The notes under the pieces are model-generated. The model saw only the letters and a list, made by a program, of their open reading frames with translations. It did no database searches and was not told the origin of the DNA. A DNA stretch of 63,464 nt, the filler included, from Cercozoa sp. M6MM (Eukaryota; Protista; Endomyxa: Ascetosporea): the NCBI GenBank assembly GCA_040357565.1. It is 13 parts of 13 records of this genome, joined end to end, with 100 filler letters (N's around TTAATTAATTAA, not from the genome) between each part and the next. Parts side by side here need not be neighbours in the genome. Positions count along the whole stretch, not along the records: positions 48,387 to 50,960 come from JBDODJ010001739.1; positions 51,061 to 63,464 come from JBDODJ010000381.1; 11 more parts are not named here. One strand, written 5' to 3'. Shown here in pieces: positions 48,411 through 62,275 of the stretch (position 1 is its first letter; the number at the start of each line of letters is the position of its first letter). The position numbers and the translations under genes were made by a program.

Positions 48411-49444
48411 GAGTGGGCGTGGCAGGTCTTCTTGCCACAGGCTCACGGCGTGTCCGCGCGGACGCGCGTACCGCTGCTGACGCTGCTGCTGCCGACCAGT
48501 GAGGTGTGTGTGTGGGTCACTGGGTTGGCACGTGTGTGTGACTGGACTGACTGACTGGGTTGGCACGTGCGTACAGGAGGATCCGCGCGGAACAACACAG
48601 GCGCCGACCACGACGGTGCCGAGCAAGGATCCGCCGGCTTCCGCCGGTATCCGTTTTTTGTTGTGTTTTGTTTTTGTTTTTGTTTTTGTTTATTTATTTT
48701 GTTTTTTCTTGTTTTTTCTTGTTTTTTCTTGTTTTTTCTTGTATTTATTTTGTTTTGTTTTGTTTTTTTTTTAAATTTTATTTTTGTCTTTGTTTTTGTT
48801 TTTGTTGATTTATTTTGTTTTTTGTTGATTTCTTTTTGTGTTTATTTTGTTTTTTTGCGTCTTTGTTTTGTTGTATTTTGTTGTTGTGTGTTCGTTTTGT
48901 TGTGTGTTTATTTTGTTGTGTGTTCGTTTTGTTGTGTGTTAATTTTGTTGTGTGTTTATTTTGTTTTGTGTTAATGTTGTTGTGTCTTTATTTTGTTGTG
49001 CGTATTTGTTTTGTGATTGGCAGGCGGTGGCGGACAATCGTGGCCGTGGGTGGTGCTGCTGGTGGCACTGGGCGCCACCGGCGGCGCCGTGGTCTGGTAC
49101 CCGGCCCTCGCTCCCATCCCACTCACTTTACCCCCCCCCCCCCTCCGGCAGGTTCTTCCTTCGCAGCAAGATGCTCAAGAAGCGACAGGGCTATGGAGGT
49201 TGGTTGTCTGTCTTTTAATTAAGGCTACGTTTTCGGTTAAGGGGTTTCACTCCGGGTGCGGTGTCTTGCAGGCCTCAGTCTGGACGACGTGACGCACGAT
49301 GTGATGCCGGTGACGACGCCTGTGGCCGGACACACGGCCGGCCAGGCTGGATCGGCCGCGGCGGCGCACGGCCTGCCGTCCGAGTACATCCAGTTGGGCG
49401 GACCGGCTCTCATTGATCCCGACCTCGTGTCCGACATGCCGTAG
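48411..49444 (+). CDS. Type I membrane protein, C-terminal part
   Basis: Thr/Pro stalk, TM WPWVVLLVALGATGGAVVWFFL, basic stop-transfer RSKMLKKR, tail containing YIQL. Confidence 0.65.
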
Positions 49445-49653
49445 TCTCTAAACCTTCTGATCTATTGACTGTACAGATGAAAGTACACAATTGCACGTGA
49501 AAACAACCTCGATTAAATCCGCTTGACACCCGAATCGTATCAACTTGATACCACTCTGGCTCTATGTAGAGAGCTAACCACTCCAACAGTGTCTATTCTG
49601 CTGCTGTGATCTAATAGGGCGTTTTCTGCGCCCGTAGATCTAACGCGTTAGGA

Positions 49654-50932
49654 ATGCAGGGATTTTTGTTCAAGCGTGCACAAGGCTTCACGGCGCGTTG
49701 GCAAAAACGCTATTTTCTGCTTGAGGTGCGAGCTGCTCGCTGTGTCTCCTGTCTTTGACACAAGTGTGTTTGTGCTGTGTGGCAGGACTGGGTCCTCAGC
49801 TACCGGCAGCGCCCGGACGGCGCCGAAAAGAAGCGCTACGATTTGCGAACCTTGACGGCCGTGAGCAGTCGCTGCTTCCCAGATGCCACCGATCGGAGTG
49901 GCGACGCAGACGACAGTGTGTGCATGCAGGTGCACCACATGCCAGTGCACACGATCACGCTACAGTTCTCCGATCGGTCGCTCGAGCTGAAGTATCAACT
50001 GTTTTATCAACTTTGAATTCGACTGTCTCTAAACGCATGTGGGATCACTCAGAGCGAGTTCTATTGAAGAGTGTGGCACGTGGTACGCTTGTTTCGTCGC
50101 CTACTGCCAAACGTGGGTCGATCTGCTTTTTTGTTGTGAAATGGGGCTGGCTATTTTGGTCAGGATGGTTTGTTGTGGTTTAGACCGTCGCCAGTGCCGC
50201 AGCCGTTTGCATTCGCGATCCGCGCCGTCTGTCGTGTGTTGAGGCAGCGTTTGAGCGACCTGCAAGGTGCGTATCACGTCATCAGGGTTATGATAGTGGT
50301 AGGGTCTTGCCAATTCAGACACCTCGGTGGCCGGTATCTTCCGCGTCGGTGGTGAGGCTGCGCGAGTGCACAAGGTAGGGGGAGGTTAACAAGGGGTATA
50401 TAGGGGACTAAAAGGGTAGATATGGGGGCAAAACTCGTGTGTGCAGACATCACAGACACTGCTGCGGCAGGTGCCTCAGCGCAGTGTCGATGATGATAAC
50501 GCTCCCTTAAAAAACACGGAGGTCTCGATGCTCCAGCAGTGTGACACGCCCACACTGGCCTCTGTTCTGGTACAGGCGTACACTGGGGGGTGAACTGGGG
50601 TGGCTAGGGGGGTAAGGGGTGTGCTAAGTGTCGATGTGACAGAAGTGGACATTGCGCATGCTGCCAGAGTCGATCTTTACCGATCAACTGGTAGTACCTG
50701 TAGAGGGGGTAAAGAGGGGTGTTGTCAGGGGTATTAAGGGAGGGGGTAAATAGGGGTATAATGGGGGGTTAAAAGGGGGGTAAACGGGGGGGTAAACGGG
50801 GGGGTAAAAAGGGGGGTAAAAAGGGGGGTAAAAGGGGGGTAAAAAGGGGGGTAAACTGTAGGTGGACGCGTTTGTGTCGATCGAAACTGCGACGGCGAAA
50901 ACGACGCTGTCGCTGCTGCCTGATGTCAACTT
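49654..50932 (+). CDS. PH-domain RhoGAP, 3'-partial
   Basis: MQGFLFKRAQGFTARWQKRYFLLE|DWVLSY (PH); GIFRVGG, LASVL|KWTLRMLPESIF, LSLLPDVN (RhoGAP). Confidence 0.88.
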
Positions 50933-51060
50933 GTATTATACCCCCCTACCCCCCCCCCCCNNNNNNNNNNNNNNNNNNNNNNNNNNNNNNNNNNNNNNNN
51001 NNNNTTAATTAATTAANNNNNNNNNNNNNNNNNNNNNNNNNNNNNNNNNNNNNNNNNNNN

Positions 51061-51104
<44 letters not shown>

Positions 51105-51133
51105 ACCATTTTATGATTTTAAAATCGAAGCAC

Positions 51134-51415
51134 CTGCCAACAGCAACGGCCACCCCCTCCGCCTCCGGAAGGTCCGCAGTTGCGCCAAGATCCGCTGTTC
51201 GAACACTGGCACCGCTGACCTCCACTATCCAACCACTCCCCGGGGGACACGCACTGGCCCTGGTAGCAACACTGCGGAACAACAGCGAAATAAAGTAGAT
51301 CCAGGTAACCTGACGGGTAAATTTAGCCAGTCAACGTGAACCACTATAAACAACTTACTTCAGCCCGCACGAGAGCTGCGGAAACTGCAAAAATGCAAGC
51401 AGCAATGAGCAACAT
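51134..51415 (-). CDS. Secreted Cys-rich repeat protein, 3'-partial
   Basis: MLLIAACIFAVSAALVRAE|CCYQGQCVSPGEWLDSGGQRCQCSNSGSWRNCGPSGGGGGGRCCWQ. Confidence 0.6.
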
Positions 51416-52285
51416 GCTTCGGGTAATCGATTCTTAGACTCTCGTCTGTCTGCAAGTTCAACTCCTGAGTGGAACGTCTTTTGTAGACCTGGCTTGCAAT
51501 TGAAAACTGAACAAACGTGTCTGGTCGCTGTCCCCGCGGAGGGAGTCAGTTTTTTAAGAATTTTTATACAACAATGTAGACTCTGAACTATATAAATTTC
51601 ATCATTTACAACAATTGCAGACTCGGGACCAATTTAATTTACTCGTTGATGCTTGCATCGATCGTTAGTCTAGTGAACGTAACGTAAGAAACCAATCAAC
51701 TGTAGTAGTTTCCCTGTACCAGTCCTGGGGGGCACCTCTAAATTTACAGTACCGTTCCCTGGGGTGGGTAACGTCCCAAGCACATGCCTCACCGTTCCAA
51801 CAGACGCACGTGTTGTATAAGTTGGTGTATGTGATGTGTTTGTGTGTAAACTTACAGTCAGTCGGGCACTGTGACGGTCGAATGCCGGGTTCCGTGTGAT
51901 AAAAGATCTCCGTGCCAACGACAACCCACACATCGACATGGACTTGTCGCACGTCCACTACATGTGTCCGGCACCACGACTGTACAACTTTTTTTTTGTT
52001 TCGGTATGATCACCGAGAGACTGGTACACGAGATGGACCCGGCAAAAGCGTAGCTTCTTTGGAGGCCATAGTCTGCGAAAGACCTGCCTTGCAATATCAA
52101 GGCCGGATGGCCAGCCCATCATTGATGGTCAACGCGCTACTACGCGTGCGAGCATTGAAACAGAAACCTGCTGGAGATTCTAACTAAACTCGCCACTCAT
52201 ACAGTACAGTGTAGCGGCTACATACATACGATAGCGCTGTTTCTGATATAGTACCCATCCATCAACGACACTCACTGGAAGCAAA

Positions 52286-55200
52286 CTACAACGCAAATCG
52301 AATGTCGTTCCGTGACGTCCGCCCGAGTGATCGGACAAGATCACGCTGCTGGATCATGACCGTGTCGTGACTGCGGCTGGTGCATTGATTGCGGAAACTG
52401 CACGGGCTGCAGCAGCATCTGCAGGGCAGCTGCACAGACACGCGAGCATCCAAAGAACACACGCGCGGACGGGTGTAAGTGTGTGTGCGTGCGTGCGTGG
52501 TACCATCGACATCGATACTCTGCAGCGAGTCGAGCGAAGGTTCCACCGAGGAGGAGGCCACTGAGGCAGCAGGCGACAGCGGCGAAAGCGGCGACGGCGT
52601 GGTAGCCGCCTGCAGCAGCGCTGCCAGTGTGCCGTCCAGTCTATACAAACACACACCAATGTGCAATACAGTCCAGTATAGTTTAGTTGTACTGCTCCAG
52701 TATAGTTTAGTTGTACTGCTGTTTGTCTACACTCAAGTTGAGGGCGTCTGTCAGCGGGTGCAGCACTGTGTAAGGGAGGGGGTAGGGGGGGGGGGTCAAA
52801 AGGGCAAAGAAACACAGTACTCAAGCCTGCGGCAGAGTTGACGACTCGTGTGTTGACCTCCAGGGGAGTTCTATTATCAATAAATACAATACACACACAT
52901 ATCTATATATATAAAATAGGCATGAGAGATGAAGGATGCTAGATGGGCACCTCTCAGGCATAGGCACAGGTGAGGCCTTGTCCTTTTTCTTTGGAGGCTT
53001 GGACGACACCTGGATCACCCTACCAACAGACAAGACGTGTAGGTTACTTAAAGCCCTCCCACATAGGACAGCATACGCGTCGGTCTGCAGTGTGTCGAAC
53101 TGTTTCCACTTTCCGTCCTCCTACACATACACACGGGCCTAGTTGCGCTACACCAGACACATGTGCTTGTCCGTACCAGGTAGGACAAGACGATTCGCAT
53201 GCGACACACGCAGCCTATACAGGCAGGAAGTAAGGGTGGGCATACAACTGGACAAGCTCTTGTTACCTTTGAGAGTGCCGACTTTGCGCACGAACAACTT
53301 GAACTGAAATTGGAAGCTGCTGTCATCTTCTAGCACCTGTTGGGAACGAGGAGGGGGGGGGGNNNNNNNNNNNNNNNNNNNNNNNNNNNNNNNNNNNNNN
53401 NNNNNNNNNNNNNNNNNNNNNNNNNNNNNNNNNNNNNNNNNNNNNNNNNNNNNNNNNNNNNNGAAAGGGGAAGGAGTAAAGGGGAAAGGGGTCAGGAAGC
53501 ACTGTACCGTGTCATGCTGCACACTGAAGCTGGCCTTGCCGCGCGCATGCGACGAAATCGACACCTGCTGCGGCCCGTCGTTGAATTCGCCCTACACACA
53601 CAAGCACACTCAGAGGTCGCCTACTCACAGGTCACCCACTGAGAGGAGAAACGCACGTGCATGGCCGTGACTGAGAGCTCGGTGCGCACGTGTTTGTGCG
53701 AGGTGCCTGCCAGAGTGCCCTTGATGCGCACCGGCATACCTAGCTGCGTGAACAGCGTTCGTGGCCTGGGGGGGGGGGGGTCAATGTCGGGTAAAATGGG
53801 GGGGGGGGCTCAGAGGGGTAAACAGCAACACCTGGCGTCGAGCCACTTGATGCGCAGTTCCGAATGTTTGCTCGTGACCAACTAGAGTACGTACACCAGC
53901 TTTACCCCCGTCCCCACCTTGCCTCGTCAGAGACAGTGTCTACCTCAGTATCGCACGGCAGTTCCTTATCGGACACGACGTCGAAAGTCTCGCTTTCGGC
54001 CGACGTTATCGGCGACCCTTCGCAGGCGTCGTTGTCGAACAGACGCACCTGGGGGGGGGGGGGGGGGGTAAAGGAATAAAGGGTAGGGGCAGGGGTAGGG
54101 GTATAGGGTAGGGTAAATGGGCAAGGGAGGAGACACACCTGCAGCACACACTGCGGCAAACGTTCCTGCGGCAACTGCGGCACTTTAAACGACGCGCGCA
54201 ACGCGTAAGCTTGTCGACTGACCGGGGTAAAGAGGGGTAAGGGGTAGGGGTAATGGGTCGGGGGTAGGGTAGCTCAGTACCTTGACGACCAGTACATCTT
54301 GCGTCGCACTGTGGTCATTGCGTTCTGTCATACCAAACAAGTGGCCCATAGCAGATAGGTAGGACGGGCAGGCAGTAAAGCAGTACCGGTGCATCCAGCA
54401 GATGCATGGCGGTGATCTGACCCGTGTGTCCGTGCACCAGGCAGAGTGCCACCTGCAGTACGGAGTATCCTTACGCCTCTAGACCCTATTCTACTCCCAC
54501 TCCCCAGTCGAGGAAGGAGGTACGGTGGGAGCCAGTCGCTCGATCTCGCGCAGGCGGCGCTCCGAGGCCTGCTCGAAGGACTCGGTGGCACCCGGAGCAG
54601 CCGGTGCTGGTCGAGGCGGCAGGTAGCCACGTGCCGTGAGTTGCACTTGATGCACCGTCTTCTGCACGGCCACTGCCACCGTCAGTGACACCTCTCTGTG
54701 ACCACACAGGCACACATGTCACGGTATCGGTATCGGTATCAACTGTAGCCACCCACTCATACACTCGAACTGTGAGCCAGAAAGTACCGAGAGTCCGGCA
54801 GCGACTCATTGAGCGCCATGCGGTCGCCTTCGCCGCCGTTGCAGATCACTGCCGGCGAGTTGCTTGGCATCTGAACGTGGGGAGTACATGCGGTATAGGA
54901 GGTCAGGGTGGGGAGGTGGCGAAAGCTACAGCAGTGGCATCCAACTCCATCTGGACGCAGCACACGCGCTCCAGCAGATCTGCCAGGATGTAGGGGTAAA
55001 GTGGTGTGGGTAAAGTAGTGGGATAAAAGCTACCAGCCACCGGCATGCGCATGACATAGACCATGCGTTGCCGACCGAAAACTTTCGTGCTGCCGCAGTA
55101 CCGCGCACCGAATCTGTGTCTGCAGGAGGGGTACAGGTGTGTAAGGAGGGGGAGAAGAGGGTGCGTGGGGGGGGGGGAACGCACACGATGCGCTGGCACG

Positions 55201-55600
55201 GGTTGTTGTGCGGCGACAGAGTGATCAGGAAGCGACACAGCTTGGTCGGCGTGATGGCACCGATCTCAATGTGGTAGCGTACCAGACAGCCTGTGCACAG
55301 ACACACATGAACAGTCTTGTCACTGATGTCAGAAGACAAGGCATACTGATGGCTTCGATGGCAAGGAACAGTCCCCGGTAGTGTGGTCGGATGGCCACCG
55401 AGACTCGCCAGTCATCCGTGTCCTCCTCGGCCATCTCCTCTGTGATCAGTGGACATACAATCCCACCCCATGCAACGAGCACATCAGGCATACCCTCTCG
55501 TTCCGAGGCGTTCCTGCAGGCGCCTGAACAAAACAAAAAAAGGATCCAAACCAACCGTTGCGAAACGGATCGGCCCTACCCGTCAGTGCAACTGCCGTGA
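52286..55600 (-). CDS. Large hypothetical multi-exon protein (boundaries approximate)
   Basis: More than 15 exon-like segments with C-rich GT-AG introns; family not recognised; spans a 100-N gap. Confidence 0.5.
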
Positions 55601-57409
55601 AGCCTGGCAAAATGCCCGGTGCCGCACCTCCCACGCATCGTTCCAGCGTTATGATGCCAATGAAACTCTTTGGGATACTGCCCTTATCATGTCTGCGGCC
55701 AAAACACGAGTAATGCACATCAACGAAGAGTCTTAAAACGCATCGCAAATCGTGTGGTTAAAAGCAAAAGACAAAAGACAAAAGCAAAAAGCAAAAAAAA
55801 AAAAAAAAAAAAAAACGCACGAGTGTTCTTCTTCTCGCGAAAAGAGTAGCCACGCCGATGGCTCGCCTTTTGCGGCTCTTTGGCGCCAGCGCTCAGTCCG
55901 GAGACTTGCGCGTTCGATTCCCCACTCACGACCGTCCTCGTAGTAGCGTGCGCAGTTCGGATCGCGGAATACACTGTAGACCATGTCTCGTGCAGACTCG
56001 GCATTCCTGGGTCAAAGGAGAGAACACTCAAAGTAGACAAGGGTCAAAGATAGCGCGGAAGGGTGGTACCACATGTGCATCGGAACAAAGCGCATTCGTC
56101 GCGACAACTGTATGTTATAAAAGAAGTAAGACACAGTCAGCAGACCCGCGAGGGTCAAAGAAACTGAGTGTACAACTGATTCGCCCTCGGCCATCTTTTC
56201 CTTGGCGCGCTCTTGGTCCTACAAGAGCAAGCTACAGTATCCGAGCAGCGTTTGTTCTCAAGATGTGTCAACTAATTTGTCAATAAATCTCAGTCACGCT
56301 ACCTCAGTCAGTTGGTACATCTTGGCTGCCGCTTCTGACTGACCCATCGCGTCGCCTATATGAATGCAGCGACAAAATGCCGCAAGAATTAACACTGTCA
56401 TCGTCAAAGGGGAGTGTACCGCGCTGAGAAAGCTTGCGCGGGATGCGCTGAGGCTGCGATGAAGTCGACACTTCCGCGACTTTCCTGTCGATATGAATCG
56501 AATGAGAACAACAACAACAATGTGTTTCGTTGTGGTATATAGATGTAAAATACCATCCTTGCTGCAGCTCGTCTGATACGAAACGCCGCTTGGCTGGCCT
56601 TCTCAAACTTCGTTCATGCTCCTCCATTTTGACAACACCAAAAGAAACCTCCACCACAACCTCACTTGCTTTCAAAGAACACGGTGTGCACACGCGTGGA
56701 TTCTAACAGCGTTTTGCGGAAGTGTTGGGCGCTGGCGCTACAGTCTTAGAGTCGAGGGAATTCAAAAAGTGTGACGTAGTGGTCAGTGTGGCCAGCAATT
56801 CAGTCGCACTGCGCCGTTTTAACGGTGATCACTATCTGTGACCCTTTAACATCATTTTTTTGACTGAGAGCAGAACTGATTTGCGTGGGCGATACCAACG
56901 ACACAACAACCAACCACCTCCTGTCACTGGCAGAGGACGGTCCGGAAACGGTTTCGGTCTCAGGCTTAGGCCAATTTTAGGGAGAGGGGCTGGGGCTGTT
57001 CGGCCAGCTTAAGATTTCCCTCTAATGTAGTGCAAGGCAACAGTACTAACTAACAGAAAACTACAACGGAAGAAAGCCAAGCACACGTGAAACCGTCTCC
57101 CGCTCAGGTCGTGTGGGAATGTGTGCTGTATTAGACCAGCATTGAGCTCATTAAAAATTCTTGTAATTCACTCTCTCCGAACACTCGCACCCCTTAGAGG
57201 TACTGCGCTGGACGCACTCTACGAACGCTCATCCTCTGGGCCCATCAAATTTCGGACAAATATATTTGTTAAGGGCTCGCACACACACTAATTGCAGTGA
57301 CCCACCGGTCTGCAGACTTACCCACAGTGCTGCAGTGGTACATTAACATTAGTGTGTTGGCTGTGCGACTGCGAACAGGCAAATTGTTTTTCTTTTACTT
57401 TGGGCAGCG

Positions 57410-58088
57410 ATGCTGGGTGCCCGTCGACTCATGCGCTCGGCGCAGATGCGTTGGCGCTCAACGCGCGTGCAGCCGCGAAAGAAGTACCGCTACAAGACGC
57501 TGCAGGGCCTCAAATACCGCATTCGTGTATGACAGATAGTTTTATTCGTGTGTGCGTTTGGGACGACACATGTGTTGCTTGTTGCTTGCAGTGGGACCCC
57601 AACGACGAGTGCTTCTACAGACGACAGATCAACGCCGCAGGTGCCTTTAGCTGCGATTCGTGTCTGCATATCCACGTTTTTTGTGCGTTGTTAGTGCACC
57701 GTTCCGAGCGCCGTCCGAACCGCAAGCGACAATGGAACCTGCTGCACAAGATCGACTCGAAGACCATCAACAAGAAGTGTACCTGACCTGCTTTAGCGCT
57801 CACTTCTTTCTCTAGGTGCACGGCCTGTTGTTTCCATTAGACATGAAGTACTTTTCCGGCAAGAAGTACGTGCTCGCTGAGCACCGTTTGGTGCGACCTT
57901 TCAAGAGCAAGCAGACGCCGGAAGTGTATCGCGTTTCCTTCTTTCAGGGACACACACCAAGACTTGCATGTGTGTGTGTATTGCAGGCGCGAACTGGCCC
58001 AGTTCCTGGGCATGGACCCGATGGACCCGGTGGCCCGTAACTACATCCCGTCGGTGAAGGAGCAGGCCCGTCTCAAGCTCGGCGTACC

Positions 58089-58139
<51 letters not shown>

Positions 58140-58149
58140 NNNNNNNNNN

Positions 58150-58207
<58 letters not shown>

Positions 58208-58427
58208 GCATGTGTTGTGACCTACAGATGGTCCGACGAGGCGTGTGGAACCCCGAGTGGGACAAGATGCGTGCCGACAAGCTCGTACACCTGCCCTTTG
58301 TGCTAGTGTTGTGGGCTGCATGTGTTAAGTATGCATACCTCCCTGTGTGCAGCGGGAACAAGGCCGCAAGGATCTGTCGCCCGAGGTGCTCGAAAAACTT
58401 GTCGGAGTCGAAATGCTCGTCGATTAA
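57410..58427 (+). CDS. Basic protein with mitochondrial-type presequence (possibly mitoribosomal)
   Basis: MLGARRLMRSAQMRWRS...; 7 exons ending ...LEKLVGVEMLVD*; strongly K/R-rich. Confidence 0.6.
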
Positions 58428-58584
58428 ATTTAGTTGGTTCGGCCGTATACGCTTTCAAGCGAAGTTCAGTACAGTTTCAACAAACCGACGGCTTTCCTCA
58501 GTTAAGGGGGTTGAAGGGGTGAGGGGGTTGAAGTAAACTTCAGGGTCCTCTGATGGATGTAACGCAAGTCGTTGCTAAGTCACA

Positions 58585-60154
58585 CTAGCATGTGATATAA
58601 TCAAGTTTAGTGGCGTTCGTGTGAATCTTAGATTCAACTGTAGCGTAAGGACTTGAAAGAATGTCTACAGGTGCGGTAAGTTGCATGTGCACGCGGTGCC
58701 GCAGTCCCGGAAGAAGCCGCTTCTTAACTCGCTGGCGGAACTTGTTCTGCCAGTGCGTAGAGCTCGGTTTTACTTCTTCTTTTTGTCTTCCGTGGCGCCA
58801 GAGGCGGCTTGAGCCTTGGACACTGACACAGGCAGCTTGAGTGCCTTGGAGAACTGCCAGACGAAGAAGACGCTGATCGAGATGGCCACACACGAGAACG
58901 ACACCTGGCAGAAACATCCGGTGCCACACAGAGATTGGGTCTACTCTCTTGTGGCAAGTTTACAAAGGTGAACAGCGCGAGCACCGGCGCCGAGAACTCG
59001 CCGGTTTGACGCGCGTGCAGATTCATCCAGACCTGTGGGAGGAGGGTCAAAGCATGCTAGGACTAGAGCATAGAGCAGGTAGTACCATAAAGGCAGTGGC
59101 AGACACGAACACGGAGAGTTGCGGGTACAATCCTGGTGAGAGAGTCCCAAACCGCGCCCATCAATTGTCTGTCAACAGCAGCAGACAAGAGAAGCGCAAT
59201 CTTCTGTACCAGCAAAGTTGGCGTCCTCCTTGATGAGTTGAAAGACGTAGCAATGGTTGGAGTCAGGTATGGCCCACCAGCGCACGAGAAGAACGCCCCA
59301 GGTGGCAGCGATGCCGATGGTAGCGGCAGCGTAGGACAGCACGCCCAGCTTGGCGCGCCCGTTGTTCAGAGTCTCGGCTGAGTGCACATTAATTATGAAA
59401 GCTGGGGAAAGAGAGGGGTCAGAAGAACAAGCCGGGCCTACCGACAGGCTGCACAGGCATCTCGGTCAGCACGCCAGGCAGCGTGAACTCGGGTCCCACG
59501 CAAAGCGCGTTGAAGCAGTAGGACAGGCGCGCGAAGCAGGAGGACGCCGCCGAGGAGACCTGGCCCTGCGCGTGCACGTTCATCACCAGCAGTACCAGTA
59601 GACACGTGCCAACGCCTACAGACACAGTCGTCGAAGCGACAGGGAAGGTAAAGGGGGCAGGGAAACATGCTGTACCGATCCACAGTCGGTCAACTGCCCA
59701 GCCTTGCACGATGGGATCCAGCCACACGGCCTGCAGGTAGGCTGACCAGTTCTCCTCCTGCAGGTACCTATGGAACACATTGACACAGGAAATTAGCATA
59801 AACAAGGACAAAAGGAGAGACATGTGTAGAGACATGTGTACCGACTGACGAAGAAGAAGTCGAAGAAGGCAGCGACAGCGAGCAGCATTCCGACCTAAGC
59901 ATAAAACACATGTGTCGTTTGCTTGCACAGAAATACACCCATACCACATGGATCAAACGAAGCGCCAATTTGCCCAGCAGACGCGCCAGTCCGTAGCACA
60001 GCAGTCTATCGACACATTGCAGATAATACATAGACCCCCACACCCTCCTCCAAAAGGCAGTACCCCCAAACGACGATGGTGGCAACACCGGCCGTCCATG
60101 ACGACGGCTCACGACAGTTGTTGATCTGTCCACATAATGTTAGCACATAACACA

Positions 60155-60192
<38 letters not shown>

Positions 60193-60228
60193 TACCATGG
60201 CGCCAATGGTACTAACAACACTCGTCAT
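58585..60228 (-). CDS. Multi-pass membrane protein, family uncertain
   Basis: MTSVVSTIGAM|INNCREP...; several hydrophobic segments (VGVGTCLLVLLVM, LGVLSYAAATIGIAATWGVLLV, APVLALFTF). Confidence 0.6.
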
Positions 60229-60569
60229 TTCAGTCAAAACAATGTTGTTTTTTCTTGCTTTGGGTCCTTCTTGCTAGTCGCGACGCGCTAACGGAGTCAA
60301 TACGTATGCAGAGTAGCAAATTCTACCGCTTACTCCTACACTGCACTGTCGTGCTGTCCTCCCGAGCAACACGGTGCTGACTTCCATGCACCCTTAACAA
60401 AGCGCAGTGGTCACTAATGATCGTTTGTCCGCCCAGTGCAACATTCAGTGGTCACTACAGGTCGCTCCCTTGAAACGAACAGTCGGCAGTCGGACTCATC
60501 GGGGAACACGACGGGAACGGACTGTCTTAGAGAGTTATTGAGGCTGCTGTGGTGCAACTGCGAATAACG

Positions 60570-61966
60570 ATGTGGTGGCTAGGACGTAGGTCGCGCTGTC
60601 TACTCTTGAGTTGCCTGGTTTTTTTTGCGAAAAAATGTTTGCCGCACATTTCTCAAAAGAGTTAGCTTTTCAATCTGGGTGTGTTCGGTGCTGCAGTTGT
60701 GATCCCGCTGATCGTTATTCCGTCGACATTCCTGTTCATTCGATGGACCTTCACTCGGGCGCAAGCCAACATTAACCGTACTGATATGCTAAATACTGCT
60801 GACTGTATGCGAGGCATGTGCGCATGTGCACAGACCAGCACCAGCAAGCGCTGCTGCAGCAGAACCAGTTGCACGGCCAGATTCACGCGCAGATGCAGCA
60901 GCAGGTGTACCAGCAGATGGAGAACATGAACACTCAGATGCAGCAGGCCCAGGCTCAGCAGCAAGCATACGCAGCAGGGGAGGGCGAAGAGGAGGTCGAA
61001 GGACAGCCCAGTGCCCCCGGTATCGTAGTGTGCAGATTTTTATGTTGTCTCCTCGCGTTGTGCTATGTTGTACGCTGTTAGTAGCTGGTTCAGCGGGTGC
61101 CAGCACGAACGCGCCGCTGCGTCCGAACATTCCGAAAAGCCCTCATGAGGACCCACATCACCCACAGTAAATTAACTTTGCTGCTTGCCGTTTACCCTGT
61201 CCCTTGGCCCTGCTTCCTTTCTTTTGTGCTTTCTTGTCTTATGTGCTTGCATTTTTACAGCAACCCCAACAATCCGCACAGCGCCTTCCATCCGAACAAT
61301 CCGCGAAACCCGAACAGCAGTGCGTTTCTCTAGTCGCTCATTGACTTTTGCACAAAACTGAAATGCCCTGAGTTTAGTCCACCATCCGCACCACCCGCAT
61401 AACCCACACAATAGAATGAACCCGAACAACCCGTTGTCTCCGGTATGTGAAACTATCGATTCTGATCATACATGTGCAACGTGGAGTATGCAAAGACAAA
61501 TGTGTGCGCAGTTTAACCACATGCACAACGTGCACCACCACATGCACAGTCATAAGGTACTAATACACTTTGCTCGTCGCACGTGCGTGCGTGTGTGTAC
61601 CTGTGTGTCTGTGCAGGTGGCAATGGACAACATGCGGCAACAGCAGCAACACCAGCAGCAGGTATCGCTTCTGTTCTGTTCTGACACATGTGTACTGTAT
61701 CGATACGCGTGGTCTATCTGGCCCAGATGGACAACATGCGACGACAGCAGCAGCAGCAGGTGATTCTTTCTCTCGCATCTGAACGTGTCATGTGTGTGCA
61801 TATTCGTTGTGTACAGATGCAGATGGACAACATGCGGCGTCAGCAGCAGCAACAGCAGGTCCGTTTGTGCATGTGCATACATCCATTTTCTCATCGAATC
61901 TGTGTGCAGATGGACAACATGAGACGCATGCAGCAACAGCAAATGAACATGCACCGCCGCTTTTAA
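60570..61966 (+). CDS. Signal-anchored Q/N/H/M-rich low-complexity protein with repeated exons
   Basis: MWWLG|LVIPLIVIPSTFLFIRW...; NPNNPH/HHPHNPH repeats; four MDNMR(R/Q)xQQQ exons; phases consistent to TAA at 61966. Confidence 0.75.
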
Positions 61967-62275
61967 TGCCCCCGCGCACAGCCTCAGTGCGCTCATAGGC
62001 GTTCTGTTCCGGCTCGAGCAGAGGGCCGTGTACCGGTGTGGTGGTCCGACGCTGTCGACTCTTCGTTCTGTTCTATTAATTCTACCGGGTTACGAAAATA
62101 AAAATGCGTTTTACTGTATTTTATTTTTAAGGGGGTGTTAAAAAATCAGGCTGCGTGAACGCATTTTTGTCTGTGTTCGATCGGCTAGGAAGCTTGAGCC
62201 ACTACTTTGCGCCCGCGAAGTCGATCGAGTGGCAGCGTTTTTAGCCAGAATCGTGAAGTTTTTCTGAATCAAAAA

